From IMG/VR virus record IMGVR_UViG_3300037488_003551, positions 32,001 to 96,000 of that record: a DNA stretch of 64,000 nt; one strand, written 5' to 3'. The position numbers and the translations under genes are program-made. The DNA comes from a virus. Below the pieces are notes generated by a model. That model did no database searches, had not been told where the DNA came from, and saw only the letters and a program-made list of their open reading frames with translations. Positions 51,959-62,243 of the stretch are shown here, in pieces. Each line of letters starts with the position of its first letter. Position 1 is the stretch's first letter.

Positions 51959-53081
51959 GTGACACCCTTCGAAGAAATCATGGTGGTCTACAAGCAGGTG
52001 ATGATGCTTCTCAACCATGCGAGACACAGCTGCACGGTCTGGGAAGCAGACCTGGGTGGAAACAACTACGTGGGTACGTGGGTCGCAGTAACTCTTGAGG
52101 CAGAACGGGTAATAATTGAGTTGATACGAACAAAAACAAAGGCTGCAGTGTACGCCATAGAGTGTGACCTGCGTGTGAGTTGCCCTGTCACCAATGAAGA
52201 AAGTAGGAAGGTACGACGAATGAAGGAATTTTGAAAGATGACGCCCTTTGAAAAGGTTCTGGAAGTTGCGAAACAGGCGTCGATGCTGATTGAAGAAGCG
52301 CACCATGACTGGACTTATCCCACGGCAAGCTCTATCCACCATTACGCGATATACAAAACTGTTTATGTGTACGAAGGGTCGTACGTGGGCGTTACAGAAA
52401 AAGCAGCGCGGATGCTGCTCAATCTTTTTAAGGAAGTGGCGGATGTCAGATATTCACGCTTGGACCGCGTGGTAACTGTGTCGTGCTGTCTAAGTAGAGA
52501 AGGAAGAGACCGAGTCGAGGAGTTATGGAGGAAGGATGAATGACACCTTTTGAAAAGGTTCTGGGGACTCTCAAACAAGCGTCAGTACTCGTCGAAAAAG
52601 TAAAGCATGGATGGGCGGTTCCACCTGGACGGCCAAAATACGTATACGTGGGCTCCGTATTAGGCGTGACACGCGAAGCCGCCCTGGAACTAAAAGAGCT
52701 GTTAGCAGACGAGCGTATTAGGGTCTGCCTATCTAGCCGCACTATGAGTATCGAGTGCGTTTTAACTGGAATGGAGATGTTGGTACTAGAGAGGATGAGA
52801 ATAGAGTGACGCCTTTTGAAAAGGTTATGGGAGTTTATAAGAAGGCTGAGATGCTCATCGAGAGCGTTCATCATAACTGGCATTACTCGCGGGACGGGGG
52901 AGGCGCCATCTATTCGGGTAGCTACACAGGACTGACATGTGATGTGGCGCACGAATTATGGGCGCTATTCAAAGAAGCAGGAGCCTGGACTTGGATTTCA
53001 GCCCGTATCGTGTCCGTGGAGTGCCCCATCACCGACGACGAAAAGGTATGGGTGAATAAGAAGCGAGGTTATAGGGGATGA
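51959..53081 (+). CDS. Four tandem 'MTPFE(K/E)' paralogs (51959, 52238, 52540, 52806)
   Basis: Shared start, H.W, Y.G...G(V/L)T...A, and final V/I-S/E-C strand. Confidence 0.85.
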
Positions 53082-53532
53082 GACGAAGAAGAAGGCACAA
53101 AATAAATCGATGCATCTTGAAACCCACCGAAGACCAGCTGGAAGCGGCTTACTACGCGGTCAAGGGCTGGGCGAAACAGCATGGGGCCTTAATTGAAAAT
53201 GCTTCGGAGAAAGACTTTTGGATGGACGTTACGGATGGACATGGAATTTTAAGTATCTACTGGCCTAGGCTCAGCACGCTAGAAACAGCGCAATTTGCTT
53301 TTGAAAATAGGAAAGGCCGTGTGTTTGCGTTCCAAGACGCCACACAGCGAACACGAGCTCAAGAGATTATGAATATGGGAATCGTGCTCGATGTCTGGGG
53401 CGTGTCCCGTAAGAACGCTAAGAGGTATGTGGAGTACCGGAGGTGGCTGAAGGTCGAGCGAAAGTACTTGAGATGGGTGCGGAGACATTTTTAGGGATAG
53501 ATTAAACAATCACGGAAGAAGAGGTAGGTTTC

Positions 53533-54366
53533 ATGCAACATGCAATTGAACAACGTTGGCACGCGGTGATTCGGTTTTCTGAAGAGTTCACTCGAGTGAT
53601 GAAAGATGGAGGGTTTACAGGTAATTATAAAGATATAAAAGAACGAGGAGTATACTATCGCGAGTTTGAAATGACAGACGATAAAGTACTGAAGAAGAAG
53701 CTGCAGTTAATACATCAAAAAATACGTATCCCAAATTTTAGTGTTGATAGTAGAGTAGGATTTCAACTTACATATACTGAGAGATACCATAAAATAGCCT
53801 ATGCAAGAGATGATGGTCATAGGGTAGGAAACATGATTCCTGAAGTGTTCCTTGTAAGCTTAAACCCTTCCATATCAGCAGAAGAGTCAATGGCACTCAT
53901 AGCACAAAGGTCATTGGGTTACTATACGCATTTCAACTATAAATGCCAGACAACACTAGAACACTGCATGGAAGTACTACAAGAAGATAAACACAGAACA
54001 GCACAAGATGAGAAGATGGATAGAACAATGTGTGAAAGAGAAATAGACCGACACACACTTGAAAAGAGAGTGTTGAGAATCACCTGCACTGACCCGCAGC
54101 ACTTTCCGCAGCTCCAAAAGGTTCAGGATGTCCCCGGGGTCGAGGAGGTGACGCCGGAGTCCGCTACTACTATGAAGGTCAAGCTCTCCGTCTTCGGGGC
54201 GGAAAAAGAGCTACGGGAAACGACTGAGTGGTACTACGACGGGCACCAATGTATTCAAAAGGCAGAAGTTTCGTCTATAGATATAATAGACGATAGTCGA
54301 GAGGAGAGTCCCAAAATGGTGGAGATGACCGAGGCAGAAATCTGGGGGTGGGAGCCCGACGCGTAA
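53533..54366 (+). CDS. Hypothetical protein (277 aa)
   Basis: Long ORF with SD GAGGT; last gene before the large intergenic region. Confidence 0.7.
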   Translation: MQHAIEQRWHAVIRFSEEFTRVMKDGGFTGNYKDIKERGVYYREFEMTDDKVLKKKLQLIHQKIRIPNFSVDSRVGFQLTYTERYHKIAYARDDGHRVGNMIPEVFLVSLNPSISAEESMALIAQRSLGYYTHFNYKCQTTLEHCMEVLQEDKHRTAQDEKMDRTMCEREIDRHTLEKRVLRITCTDPQHFPQLQKVQDVPGVEEVTPESATTMKVKLSVFGAEKELRETTEWYYDGHQCIQKAEVSSIDIIDDSREESPKMVEMTEAEIWGWEPDA

Positions 54367-54609
54367 ACCATACAAAAGGAGGGTATGGGAGGGTTCGCAG
54401 CGCTTACGGGAAAGGGGAGATGCTGCTTGAGAATATTCGGCCTAAAAGACAAATGAAAATCAATACTTAAGTATAATTTCCAGATATAAGACTTTTTCCA
54501 AGATACATAAACAACGTCAATTAGGATTTACCATATGAAAATTATCTGTTGTTAATTCTGGATTGTCTAACCCAACTTAAAAGGGCTATGCGACCCCCAT
54601 CCCCGACTC

Positions 54610-55339
54610 AAAAGGGTGGTGCTTGTACTTACTCCTGAGAAACAGGGAGGAGCACGCAGCATCTTTTGTGTTTAGAAAGTAGTGGATATCTTTAAATTTT
54701 TTAGTTGAAAAATGAGTATCAAATTCTCATCCGTTAAAAAATAAAAAAATATAAAGTCGGCGTAAAAATAGCTTAAATGGGTGTCTCTTCTCTTCTCTTC
54801 TTTTCTTTCTAACTCTTTCTAATGATTAAAGAATAAGAGAAGAGAAGAGAAGGGGACGGGTGGTGGACACAACATATCCACGAACTCCGGATGCTTTTGG
54901 ATGTGTCATTTACGCGGACGTGAGATTCAGGGGTACTTCGTAAAGCGACGTAGGCTTAATACGTGGGGGAAGAGTGTATCAGGTGTTTATACTCATTTAT
55001 AGAGAATCTGGAAGAGATGGGTGAGTTCGGCGAAAACTGCGTTCGCTCGTGTGTAAATGAGCAGTCCGAAGGCAGAAAGTTCCTGCGGAGACTATTCTTT
55101 AGCGATATATTTTGCGCGGAATCCTTGATATTTAAGGCTTTTATCCTCCGGCATACGCTTTATTATTTCTTTGTAGCACTTTTTTCCGTAAACATTCCTG
55201 TTTTTATTTCTCTAGCTTTTTAAATCTAGGACTATACTTATTTTATTTCCTTTCATTTGTATTCGCATACTTAGGTCTCTTGACCTCCCTCCCTCGAGTG
55301 TGGTACTCTCTCAGGAGAAAGTACAAGCATGACCCTTTT
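54610..55339. repeat. 31-bp imperfect inverted repeat (54610-54640 / 55309-55339) bracketing AT-rich non-coding DNA
   Basis: aaaagggtggtgcttgtacttactcctgaga versus reverse complement aaaagggtcatgcttgtactttctcctgaga, 28/31 identical. Internal 16-bp IR at 54784-54799 / 54835-54850. Confidence 0.8.
55280..55309 (+). promoter_or_regulatory. Sigma70-like promoter TTGACC-N18-(TGg)TACTCT
   Basis: Consensus-like -35 and extended -10 upstream of the 1012-aa ORF. Confidence 0.5.
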
Positions 55340-55519
55340 CTACCAACTATATCGGGCGAAAGGCTCAATTTTCTCAGCCTCACTAATTCCATATTTTTAT
55401 GGAAAATATTTTGGTGTGTGCTTTGTGTGTCTTTATCTTACTTTTACTTACTTTAACTTACCTGTTTTTAGGTTTAAATATCCAAAACTGTCCCCTAACC
55501 CCGTTTAAGAGGTGTTTAT

Positions 55520-58500
55520 ATGTCGTACGAAAACGCACAGAATCCTACAGATGTCCCCGATTCCTCCTCGGCTGCCGCCCTATCGGACGCAGTAGACCTT
55601 GTTCTTGATCAAGACTTGATTCTTTCGCGGCAAGGTCAGAACCTTTCTGTAAGCCCGCCTAGCGCTCTTCCCTGCCCCGAGGGTCCCGAGATGCCACCCC
55701 TCGACCTTGAGGGCGTTCACGTGGCGCCTGGAGTGCTCTTGCGGAAGCCGCGCTTGCCGGCGGTGCGCCTCGATGCCGCTCAGTATCTGACCTTTCCCGA
55801 AGAATGCGCAACCCCTTTCACTCTTCTAGCTCGAGAGGTAACGCATCAGTGCCCGACTATCTCGCGAGATACCTATCACCAATTAAGCCTATACCGGTCT
55901 TTTAAGCCGGTAGAACTGGGTAGCCTTCTTTCGTACGACGCAGGTTGTTTTGTATCTTTGGCGCATGCTATTATTAAAGAAGATGGCAATGTGCATAAGT
56001 TTGCCCTAGATACGCAAGCTACGCACTATGATTGGTTACGCATTTCTGCTACAAAGTTCGTAAGACTTCTTCTTCACCCTGAGACATCCCTACCCACTTT
56101 TGTAGATAATAGCCTATCATATTTTGATGGTTCTTTAAATGGTATATCTTCTTCTGAATTTCCTTCTGAATTTCCTTCTGGTCTCCTATCCTTAGATGCT
56201 CTTTACCGCGTCTTTTTCTTAGATAGGGCATTACCTTACTATGTCTATTTATATGCAATGGATATTCGAGGCGAAAGGGCGATGCTTAAGGCTGATGAAC
56301 TTGCCTTTATTTCTACGTTTGATTATTATACTTTTGTAGCGGCTATTACGTATCTAGGAAGTCTTTTATTAATGGCAGCAGAAGGTTTTAGCCGTATTCT
56401 TTATGAGGGTGTTCGTTGGATGCTTTTGCGCGCTTATTGTAATTTAGGTATTTTAGAATGGACAATCGTAAAAGCCCACTTATCTAAGGACAATCCAGAC
56501 TATAGCCGAATTGTTTTTTCTGGTATGTTGTCTCCTTCTGAACGATTTAACTCCAAGGATACTACATGTGATTCTTATGCGCAATATGGGTGGGAATCTT
56601 TTCGCCGTACATCCAATGCGCCATTTTACTTAGCATCGATAACTCAGATTGCATTCTTTAATTCACATAGATATGAGTCAAGTGATAGATTATTTGATTT
56701 ACAAGACCGTTGTTTAAGTGGAGGATATGTTCCCTACAAATCAACAACTCTAAAACGAAAGATTAGTGAGGAGCATTACAGAAAGAAAGATTTAAAGCGC
56801 TTCTGTACTTATGCTTTAGAAGAAGAAGAATGCATCTTTTGTCGTATTCCTATCACCGAAGATAACACACTAGATATAGCACACGAATTATATTTTCTGT
56901 TTGAATTATTAGGTATTAATAAGCAGGATTTTGGTGGTACTAAGTATTTACCGTACTTTTTACAGAAAACTAAATTAGAAGAAGTACGCTCTTCTAATCC
57001 AACTTCCAATTTAATTCCTTCTTCTTTGTGTTTTCCTTTACCACCTAATTTGGGTATAAATCGTTTCAAATCGGAACCTATTTATCGCTTTGACTTTGCT
57101 CGATATTTACAAGTACGCTATTCTATAACGTTTAATCCCTTTATCTTGGACACTATTCCGCGTCTTATTTACCGTAGTATCTTTGATGAGCAAGCAAATA
57201 CTTTAACACCAATAGCTCAACTTCGCGATGAATATTCAAAGTTAAATGTCTTATATGAAGATAGTCTTGCTAATAAAAAGTATGATATTAGCAAAGGTGC
57301 CTCGGATGAAGCTGCCCGAAAATTAATGCAAGGGGAGGCTAAAATAGAATTATCTGATCTCGAAAACAAAATTAAAGAATCATTACTTGAATTATTTTCA
57401 ACTATTTTAGCTAATCAATTAGATTTAGAATCTTATCGCACTAGTAAATTAAATAAAGAGGACCTTATCTCTTTGATAACTTCGTCCAATTCTTTGAAAT
57501 CATGGGAGATTTATTTATCGCTTGAAGACTTAACACAGATGTCAACTGTTATTCATAGTTCTTATTCTAATCCTTCTCCTAAAGCAATTATAGCTAAGAC
57601 TAAAGCGTTATCTATAGTCGTACCTGACTCTATTTCTGATACAGTTTATTTACCTCGACCAAATGTTAATCATCCTGATGCCATGTTCTTTGCGCTTAAG
57701 GTTCCACCCGTGAGTGCTGAAACAATGATTGTTACTTCTTTCAAAAATATTCTTTACGCTGGTTTTTCGGGTGTATTACAAGGCATTATATCTAGAACTA
57801 TTGAAAATGATGAGCTTACAAAACCTAAGACACGTACTTATAAAGTTTATCCTTACACTTTTGTACCGTTAGCTACGCTTTGTGGGAATAGAGGTTTAAT
57901 GCAAAGCTTGGGAGAGTACATCGATATGCCAACCATTATTGATATTTATCAGAATTTACAGTTAGAATATCCTCAAACAGATATTTTTGCTTTAGCGTGT
58001 CGCATGGGAATAACTCCATATTGGATGGAGCAGCATTTAGGGTCGACAAACGCTAAGCATTATTTTGAGCTAAGCAGTAGGATTCGAATGAATCCTATTG
58101 TCATGGAACAGTTGGCTTCTATTTACTCTATTCCAATCCCGGATCATATTCCTACTTTAACCGTTGCGGATTATGACCGCATACGTAATTCAGGTCGAGT
58201 TTTAAATTATGTCCCACGCTTTACGGATATCAATGACCAATATATTCGCAAATTGTTTTCGCCCGATATGACTAAGGCAGACAAGAAGTGCCTTCTCGAC
58301 AATTGTAAAGGCCACACCTGGAAATCCATCGAAGCCCGTGCTAGAGTCATATCCAAGAAGATGCTCGAAGAAGAACGAGTCTTCAACATCAACATCCTCC
58401 CTGTCCGCAACTATACAGCCAAGACGAGAGAGCTCTTGGAGCGCAACTTCAACACTGCTTTGAACGTTGACCACCGCCTCAAAGTGGACGATACTAAGAA

Positions 58501-58558
58501 GACTGAAGCCGCGTTAAGAAAGAAATACTTGACGCCCCGTCCTCGGAGGCCGCTATGA
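55520..58558 (+). CDS. Large AT-rich hypothetical protein (1012 aa)
   Basis: Uninterrupted ORF; no catalytic motif recognised; possible Myb/SANT-like helices near the C-terminus. Confidence 0.8.
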   Translation: MSYENAQNPTDVPDSSSAAALSDAVDLVLDQDLILSRQGQNLSVSPPSALPCPEGPEMPPLDLEGVHVAPGVLLRKPRLPAVRLDAAQYLTFPEECATPFTLLAREVTHQCPTISRDTYHQLSLYRSFKPVELGSLLSYDAGCFVSLAHAIIKEDGNVHKFALDTQATHYDWLRISATKFVRLLLHPETSLPTFVDNSLSYFDGSLNGISSSEFPSEFPSGLLSLDALYRVFFLDRALPYYVYLYAMDIRGERAMLKADELAFISTFDYYTFVAAITYLGSLLLMAAEGFSRILYEGVRWMLLRAYCNLGILEWTIVKAHLSKDNPDYSRIVFSGMLSPSERFNSKDTTCDSYAQYGWESFRRTSNAPFYLASITQIAFFNSHRYESSDRLFDLQDRCLSGGYVPYKSTTLKRKISEEHYRKKDLKRFCTYALEEEECIFCRIPITEDNTLDIAHELYFLFELLGINKQDFGGTKYLPYFLQKTKLEEVRSSNPTSNLIPSSLCFPLPPNLGINRFKSEPIYRFDFARYLQVRYSITFNPFILDTIPRLIYRSIFDEQANTLTPIAQLRDEYSKLNVLYEDSLANKKYDISKGASDEAARKLMQGEAKIELSDLENKIKESLLELFSTILANQLDLESYRTSKLNKEDLISLITSSNSLKSWEIYLSLEDLTQMSTVIHSSYSNPSPKAIIAKTKALSIVVPDSISDTVYLPRPNVNHPDAMFFALKVPPVSAETMIVTSFKNILYAGFSGVLQGIISRTIENDELTKPKTRTYKVYPYTFVPLATLCGNRGLMQSLGEYIDMPTIIDIYQNLQLEYPQTDIFALACRMGITPYWMEQHLGSTNAKHYFELSSRIRMNPIVMEQLASIYSIPIPDHIPTLTVADYDRIRNSGRVLNYVPRFTDINDQYIRKLFSPDMTKADKKCLLDNCKGHTWKSIEARARVISKKMLEEERVFNINILPVRNYTAKTRELLERNFNTALNVDHRLKVDDTKKTEAALRKKYLTPRPRRPL

Positions 58559-58902
58559 GTAAGAAGCCTGTAACAGAGAAACCTTCTACGGAAAAGCCCC
58601 TTGTTAGAGTCAACACTAAAACGTTTGTGGATACGGGTTTGGTGTGGCTAATTAATCGTTTCCTCCACTTGTACGGCTTTGCCATTGCATACGACATGAA
58701 CGAGGAGACGGGTGAATGTTCAGACTTCTACGTCTGCCGCACTATCTTCCGAGGATTCGAGGAGCCTTTTGACAGCGAGGGTTACGAGAGGGTGGCTCGG
58801 TACATGAAGGAAAACGCTGCCGAGCTCTATACCGAGGCTGAGTACCCCGTCGCCGCAGACTTCGTTCACCGCGGCTCCAGAGACGCTCTCCTTCCTCGTT
58901 GA
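58555..58902 (+). CDS. Phage hypothetical protein (FVDTGLVWLINRFLHLYGFAI)
   Basis: ATGA-coupled; resembles the GYLQEANRLFFNTLGLSL segment of 24726-25268. Confidence 0.7.
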   Translation: MSKKPVTEKPSTEKPLVRVNTKTFVDTGLVWLINRFLHLYGFAIAYDMNEETGECSDFYVCRTIFRGFEEPFDSEGYERVARYMKENAAELYTEAEYPVAADFVHRGSRDALLPR

Positions 58903-58937
58903 CGTCTCGGGGGTACCTCTGGTAGGCTCTCTCTAAC

Positions 58938-59225
58938 ATGGTCCAAGTTCGGCGGCTGCTGCCGGCTCTAGTAATGGTTCTAGGGCTTGCAGCAGCTGCA
59001 TTTTTCTCGTATGCTTTAGGTAGCTCGAGTTACCTCGGGTCAGCGCTCTTCAGACTCCCCCCCGGTCTGCTGAGCGCTTTTTTTCTTGCGTCATCACTCG
59101 TCTACGCTTATAGTGAGTTTCTCGGAAGCTCTCCTGTGTTGGTTGTCATTGTCCGTCCATTCTCTCCGCCAGTCCCAATGGATTCACCCGCTGCTCCTAA
59201 CCAGTGGGTGAGTTCTATTTTTTGA
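58938..59225 (+). CDS. Small membrane protein
   Basis: Two hydrophobic stretches. Confidence 0.4.
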   Translation: MVQVRRLLPALVMVLGLAAAAFFSYALGSSSYLGSALFRLPPGLLSAFFLASSLVYAYSEFLGSSPVLVVIVRPFSPPVPMDSPAAPNQWVSSIF

Positions 59226-59275
59226 TTCTAGAATCTCGTATTCCCCTATACTTCTCGTAGAAATGGAGACTCGCC

Positions 59276-60325
59276 GTGTCCAAACCCTATCGTGAACGCG
59301 CAGAGCTTTTTGCCCAAAACCCTCAAGGGCGTATTTACGGCGGCTTTTATCCGGGGCAAGGCTTTGGGACGTTTGGTGGAGGGGTAGACTCTGGAGAAGA
59401 CCCACAGGAAGCCGCAGCACGTGAGTTTCAAGAGGAGTCGGGTTATCCCGTATCCAACGTGCGCCCAGCCCCTGTCGACCCCTACGTCGAGGATTGGAAG
59501 CCTCTATCGAAGAAGCCTGAGTACGCTAACGACCCCAAGTTCCAAGAACGTTTTAAGAAGTTCAAGGGTTCACGTACTCATTATTATTTAGGGGATATTG
59601 CTGGAAAGCGTAAATCTAAAGGTTCAAACGACTCGGCCTATCCTTTTGAGTCTGTCCGATTTCGCGCAGCACCAACTGTTATCTCCAAGCATGAGAAAGA
59701 TTTGCAGTCGGTTACTGACCCTATAGATGTCGCACGATTACAGCAGCGTTTGGCTGTGTTGCGAAGTCTTCAAGGGACTACAAAAGAAGCGGAGGTTTTA
59801 CCCGTGAGCGTTTTTTCAGCGGCAGGATATCAGGCTGCTTTTGAGAAGTTGGCGCTTCCTCGCTGGGAGCAGATGGCTAGGAAGTTCCCGGAGATATTGG
59901 AGGGCAAGGATCTCCTAAAGTATCGACTGCGCAGTTACTTACAGGCAAAGGATAAATGGAATACGTTATATCCTCGTACTCCGACTAGAGACGCACGTGC
60001 TATGTATGACAGGGATTTCTTTCCTAAAGACATACGTGACTTTAATAGGGGACTTAACTCTGACGACCTATTTAATCTGCGTGGGCGAAGCCAAATAGCT
60101 CCATTAAAGTATCCCTATCCTGAATTAAAAAATACACCTTTTCAGGAACGGGCATTAGAGGCGTATAAGAAGCTCCCACTCGAGGCGGGTGGTCTTACGC
60201 GGAAAGAGCGTGTACGGGAACTCTGGAAGCGGGATAAGCCTATTAGTTCTATAAGGGATAAAGCATTATACCAACCAGAAAGTGATTTTGTTCGCGCTAC
60301 TCGACCTATAATGTCCACGTTATAG
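59276..60325 (+). CDS. Nudix hydrolase fused through an internal type-B leader (AAGYQAAFEKLA) to a second module
   Basis: Nudix box GGVDSGEDPQEAAAREFQEESG. Confidence 0.85.
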   Translation: MSKPYRERAELFAQNPQGRIYGGFYPGQGFGTFGGGVDSGEDPQEAAAREFQEESGYPVSNVRPAPVDPYVEDWKPLSKKPEYANDPKFQERFKKFKGSRTHYYLGDIAGKRKSKGSNDSAYPFESVRFRAAPTVISKHEKDLQSVTDPIDVARLQQRLAVLRSLQGTTKEAEVLPVSVFSAAGYQAAFEKLALPRWEQMARKFPEILEGKDLLKYRLRSYLQAKDKWNTLYPRTPTRDARAMYDRDFFPKDIRDFNRGLNSDDLFNLRGRSQIAPLKYPYPELKNTPFQERALEAYKKLPLEAGGLTRKERVRELWKRDKPISSIRDKALYQPESDFVRATRPIMSTL

Positions 60326-60358
60326 GGCAATGTAAAATTAGTGCGGAGGTACGTAGAT

Positions 60359-61279
60359 ATGCCCTTCAAATCCAAATCTCAGCAGAGATTCATGTTCGCC
60401 TCCGAGGCTGAGGGCGAGCTTCCCAAAGGTACGGCTAAGCGCTGGGCGAATGAAACAGAGAAAAAGAAGGGCGGCATCGAAGCGCTGCCGGAGAAGGTGA
60501 AGCCTTCTAAGAAGACGGCAAGCGCTATTGCTGGGGTTATTTTGGAAAAGCGTGGGGATGCTGCTGGCCGTGATTACGCGGAAGAACCAGAAGAGCTTCT
60601 ACTTCAACGGCGTGCTGCAGCAAAGAATTTAATGTTATACTATTTAAATAATTCGAATTCTTTTCAGCAAAAAAAGGATGGAGTAACAGACATATATTCG
60701 CAGCAGCTACCAGAAGAGCTACATACACAGGTTCGAGAGGCTTTTAAGGGGTATAGACCCTTTCCACGTAAGGAGGCTAGTGTTCAAATGGCTAATCGTA
60801 TCGGAGCTTTGTCCAGTTTTGTGAAGAATGCAGCGAATCCTTTTTATGATGACGGCAGGCAATCGGAGCGTCTCGACCCCAAAACAGTAGGTCTTTTGAG
60901 CGCGTTACCGATTGATGTCCTAGGTCCCATAGCGTCAGGATTGGGCGCACCTAAGGGCAGAGGTGCAGCGGCCGTTGGTGGAAATATTGTCGGTCAACTA
61001 GGAGGCGCTGCATTAGGAGCAGGAGCAGGCGTAGGGTTGGGTTCTCTAGGTGCTCTCCTAGGAATTAAAGACCCAGAACTTCTCCAGGGTATATTAGGTG
61101 GCGCTGGTCTTCTTGCAGGAAAAGGTATCGGAGGTGGCTATGGTTATCATTTAGCCACTAAAGATGCGGTTAGAAAAGAGGCCGCTTGCGCTTCGAGCCC
61201 ATCCTCTTCTAAGCCCAAAAAAATGAAGAAATCTCCAAAAGAGATTGCGAATAAAGTTTGGACATCCAAAAAAAAATGA
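60359..61279 (+). CDS. Multi-module cargo protein: MPFKSKSQQR domain, internal type-A leader, glycine zippers, terminal leader-like tail
   Basis: TAAAATT at 60333 and GGAGG SD; KKTASAIAGVILEKRG, RKEA, VKNA, RKEA, MKKSPKEIANKV. Confidence 0.75.
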   Translation: MPFKSKSQQRFMFASEAEGELPKGTAKRWANETEKKKGGIEALPEKVKPSKKTASAIAGVILEKRGDAAGRDYAEEPEELLLQRRAAAKNLMLYYLNNSNSFQQKKDGVTDIYSQQLPEELHTQVREAFKGYRPFPRKEASVQMANRIGALSSFVKNAANPFYDDGRQSERLDPKTVGLLSALPIDVLGPIASGLGAPKGRGAAAVGGNIVGQLGGAALGAGAGVGLGSLGALLGIKDPELLQGILGGAGLLAGKGIGGGYGYHLATKDAVRKEAACASSPSSSKPKKMKKSPKEIANKVWTSKKK

Positions 61280-62223
61280 AAAATTCAATTGAAAAAATTG
61301 CTGCGCGTGTATTGGAAAAACAAGAGATAACTAAAGCTCTCCCAAGCGCGACTAAATACGATGAGTCTCGTACGAAATTACCCCTTGGCACGATGGCGGG
61401 TACAGTAGGTGCTGGTTTCTTAGGTAATTTGGCGGTTGCACGCCATATAATGCCCGACTGGCTTCCTCCTGGGGAGGATATGCTACCAGATATGGAATTT
61501 GATATGCCGGATGGTTCTAAATGGTCACCCCCAAAAAAGACATATCCGACAGAGATAGACCAAAAACATTTATATGATTCTTTAGATGAGTCTATGTGGT
61601 CTAAGCATGTAGGTGGCAAGCCCGTGCTACATCATAGAGATCCTCTATTCCAAGGAACGAGGGGTCCTTATTCCATGAATCTTAATGATTTACCTGAAGT
61701 GGTGCGTGACTCGATGCGTGATACTGCGAAATTTGATGTGGATAAACCTTATGTGTATGTTCCACGTACATCATCACCGGAGATATTAGCGCATGAACTC
61801 GGTCACAGTTTGGAGTCTAGGCCGTTGCACTATGCGCGTATGCTAGGCGGAATTACGATGTCAAAGCCCTGGGCTATTCCTGCAAATATTGCTTCTGTTC
61901 TTGCATATAGAGCGGACAAAAAACATCCAGGATTAAGTGATGCTACCGTATATGGGTTAGGCGGAGCAGGGGCTTTAGGATTGGGTGCAACCTTAGGCAA
62001 TGAATTTGGTGCTAGTCTTAAAGGGTATAAATTGATGAAGCAGGTAGGTTTGAAACCGCGAGTTGGAAAAGCTTTTATTCCTAATTTGTCATATCTCACA
62101 ATGGGAGCTTTAATGAACGGCATCCCGATGACATTAGCAGCTAAGAGATTCATAGACAATAGAAAGCGTGATTCTTTAGAGCGTGCAGCACAGGCTCCTA
62201 CTCCGGGACTATTGCGTAAGTAA
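61276..62223 (+). CDS. Type-A leader (MKNSIEKIAARVLEKQ) plus membrane-associated HExxH zinc metallopeptidase
   Basis: ILAHELGHS, then two TM/Gly helices, then EFGAS..G, resembling neutral zinc peptidase (Zn_peptidase_2-like) architecture. Confidence 0.75.
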   Translation: MKNSIEKIAARVLEKQEITKALPSATKYDESRTKLPLGTMAGTVGAGFLGNLAVARHIMPDWLPPGEDMLPDMEFDMPDGSKWSPPKKTYPTEIDQKHLYDSLDESMWSKHVGGKPVLHHRDPLFQGTRGPYSMNLNDLPEVVRDSMRDTAKFDVDKPYVYVPRTSSPEILAHELGHSLESRPLHYARMLGGITMSKPWAIPANIASVLAYRADKKHPGLSDATVYGLGGAGALGLGATLGNEFGASLKGYKLMKQVGLKPRVGKAFIPNLSYLTMGALMNGIPMTLAAKRFIDNRKRDSLERAAQAPTPGLLRK

Positions 62224-62243
62224 AAAAGAAAGGAGGCTTTATA

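Noticed and set aside
54963-55608. Short ORFs 54963-55223 and 55399-55608
   Set aside because: They lie in low-complexity AT-rich DNA with no convincing SD; treated as non-coding, though not excluded.
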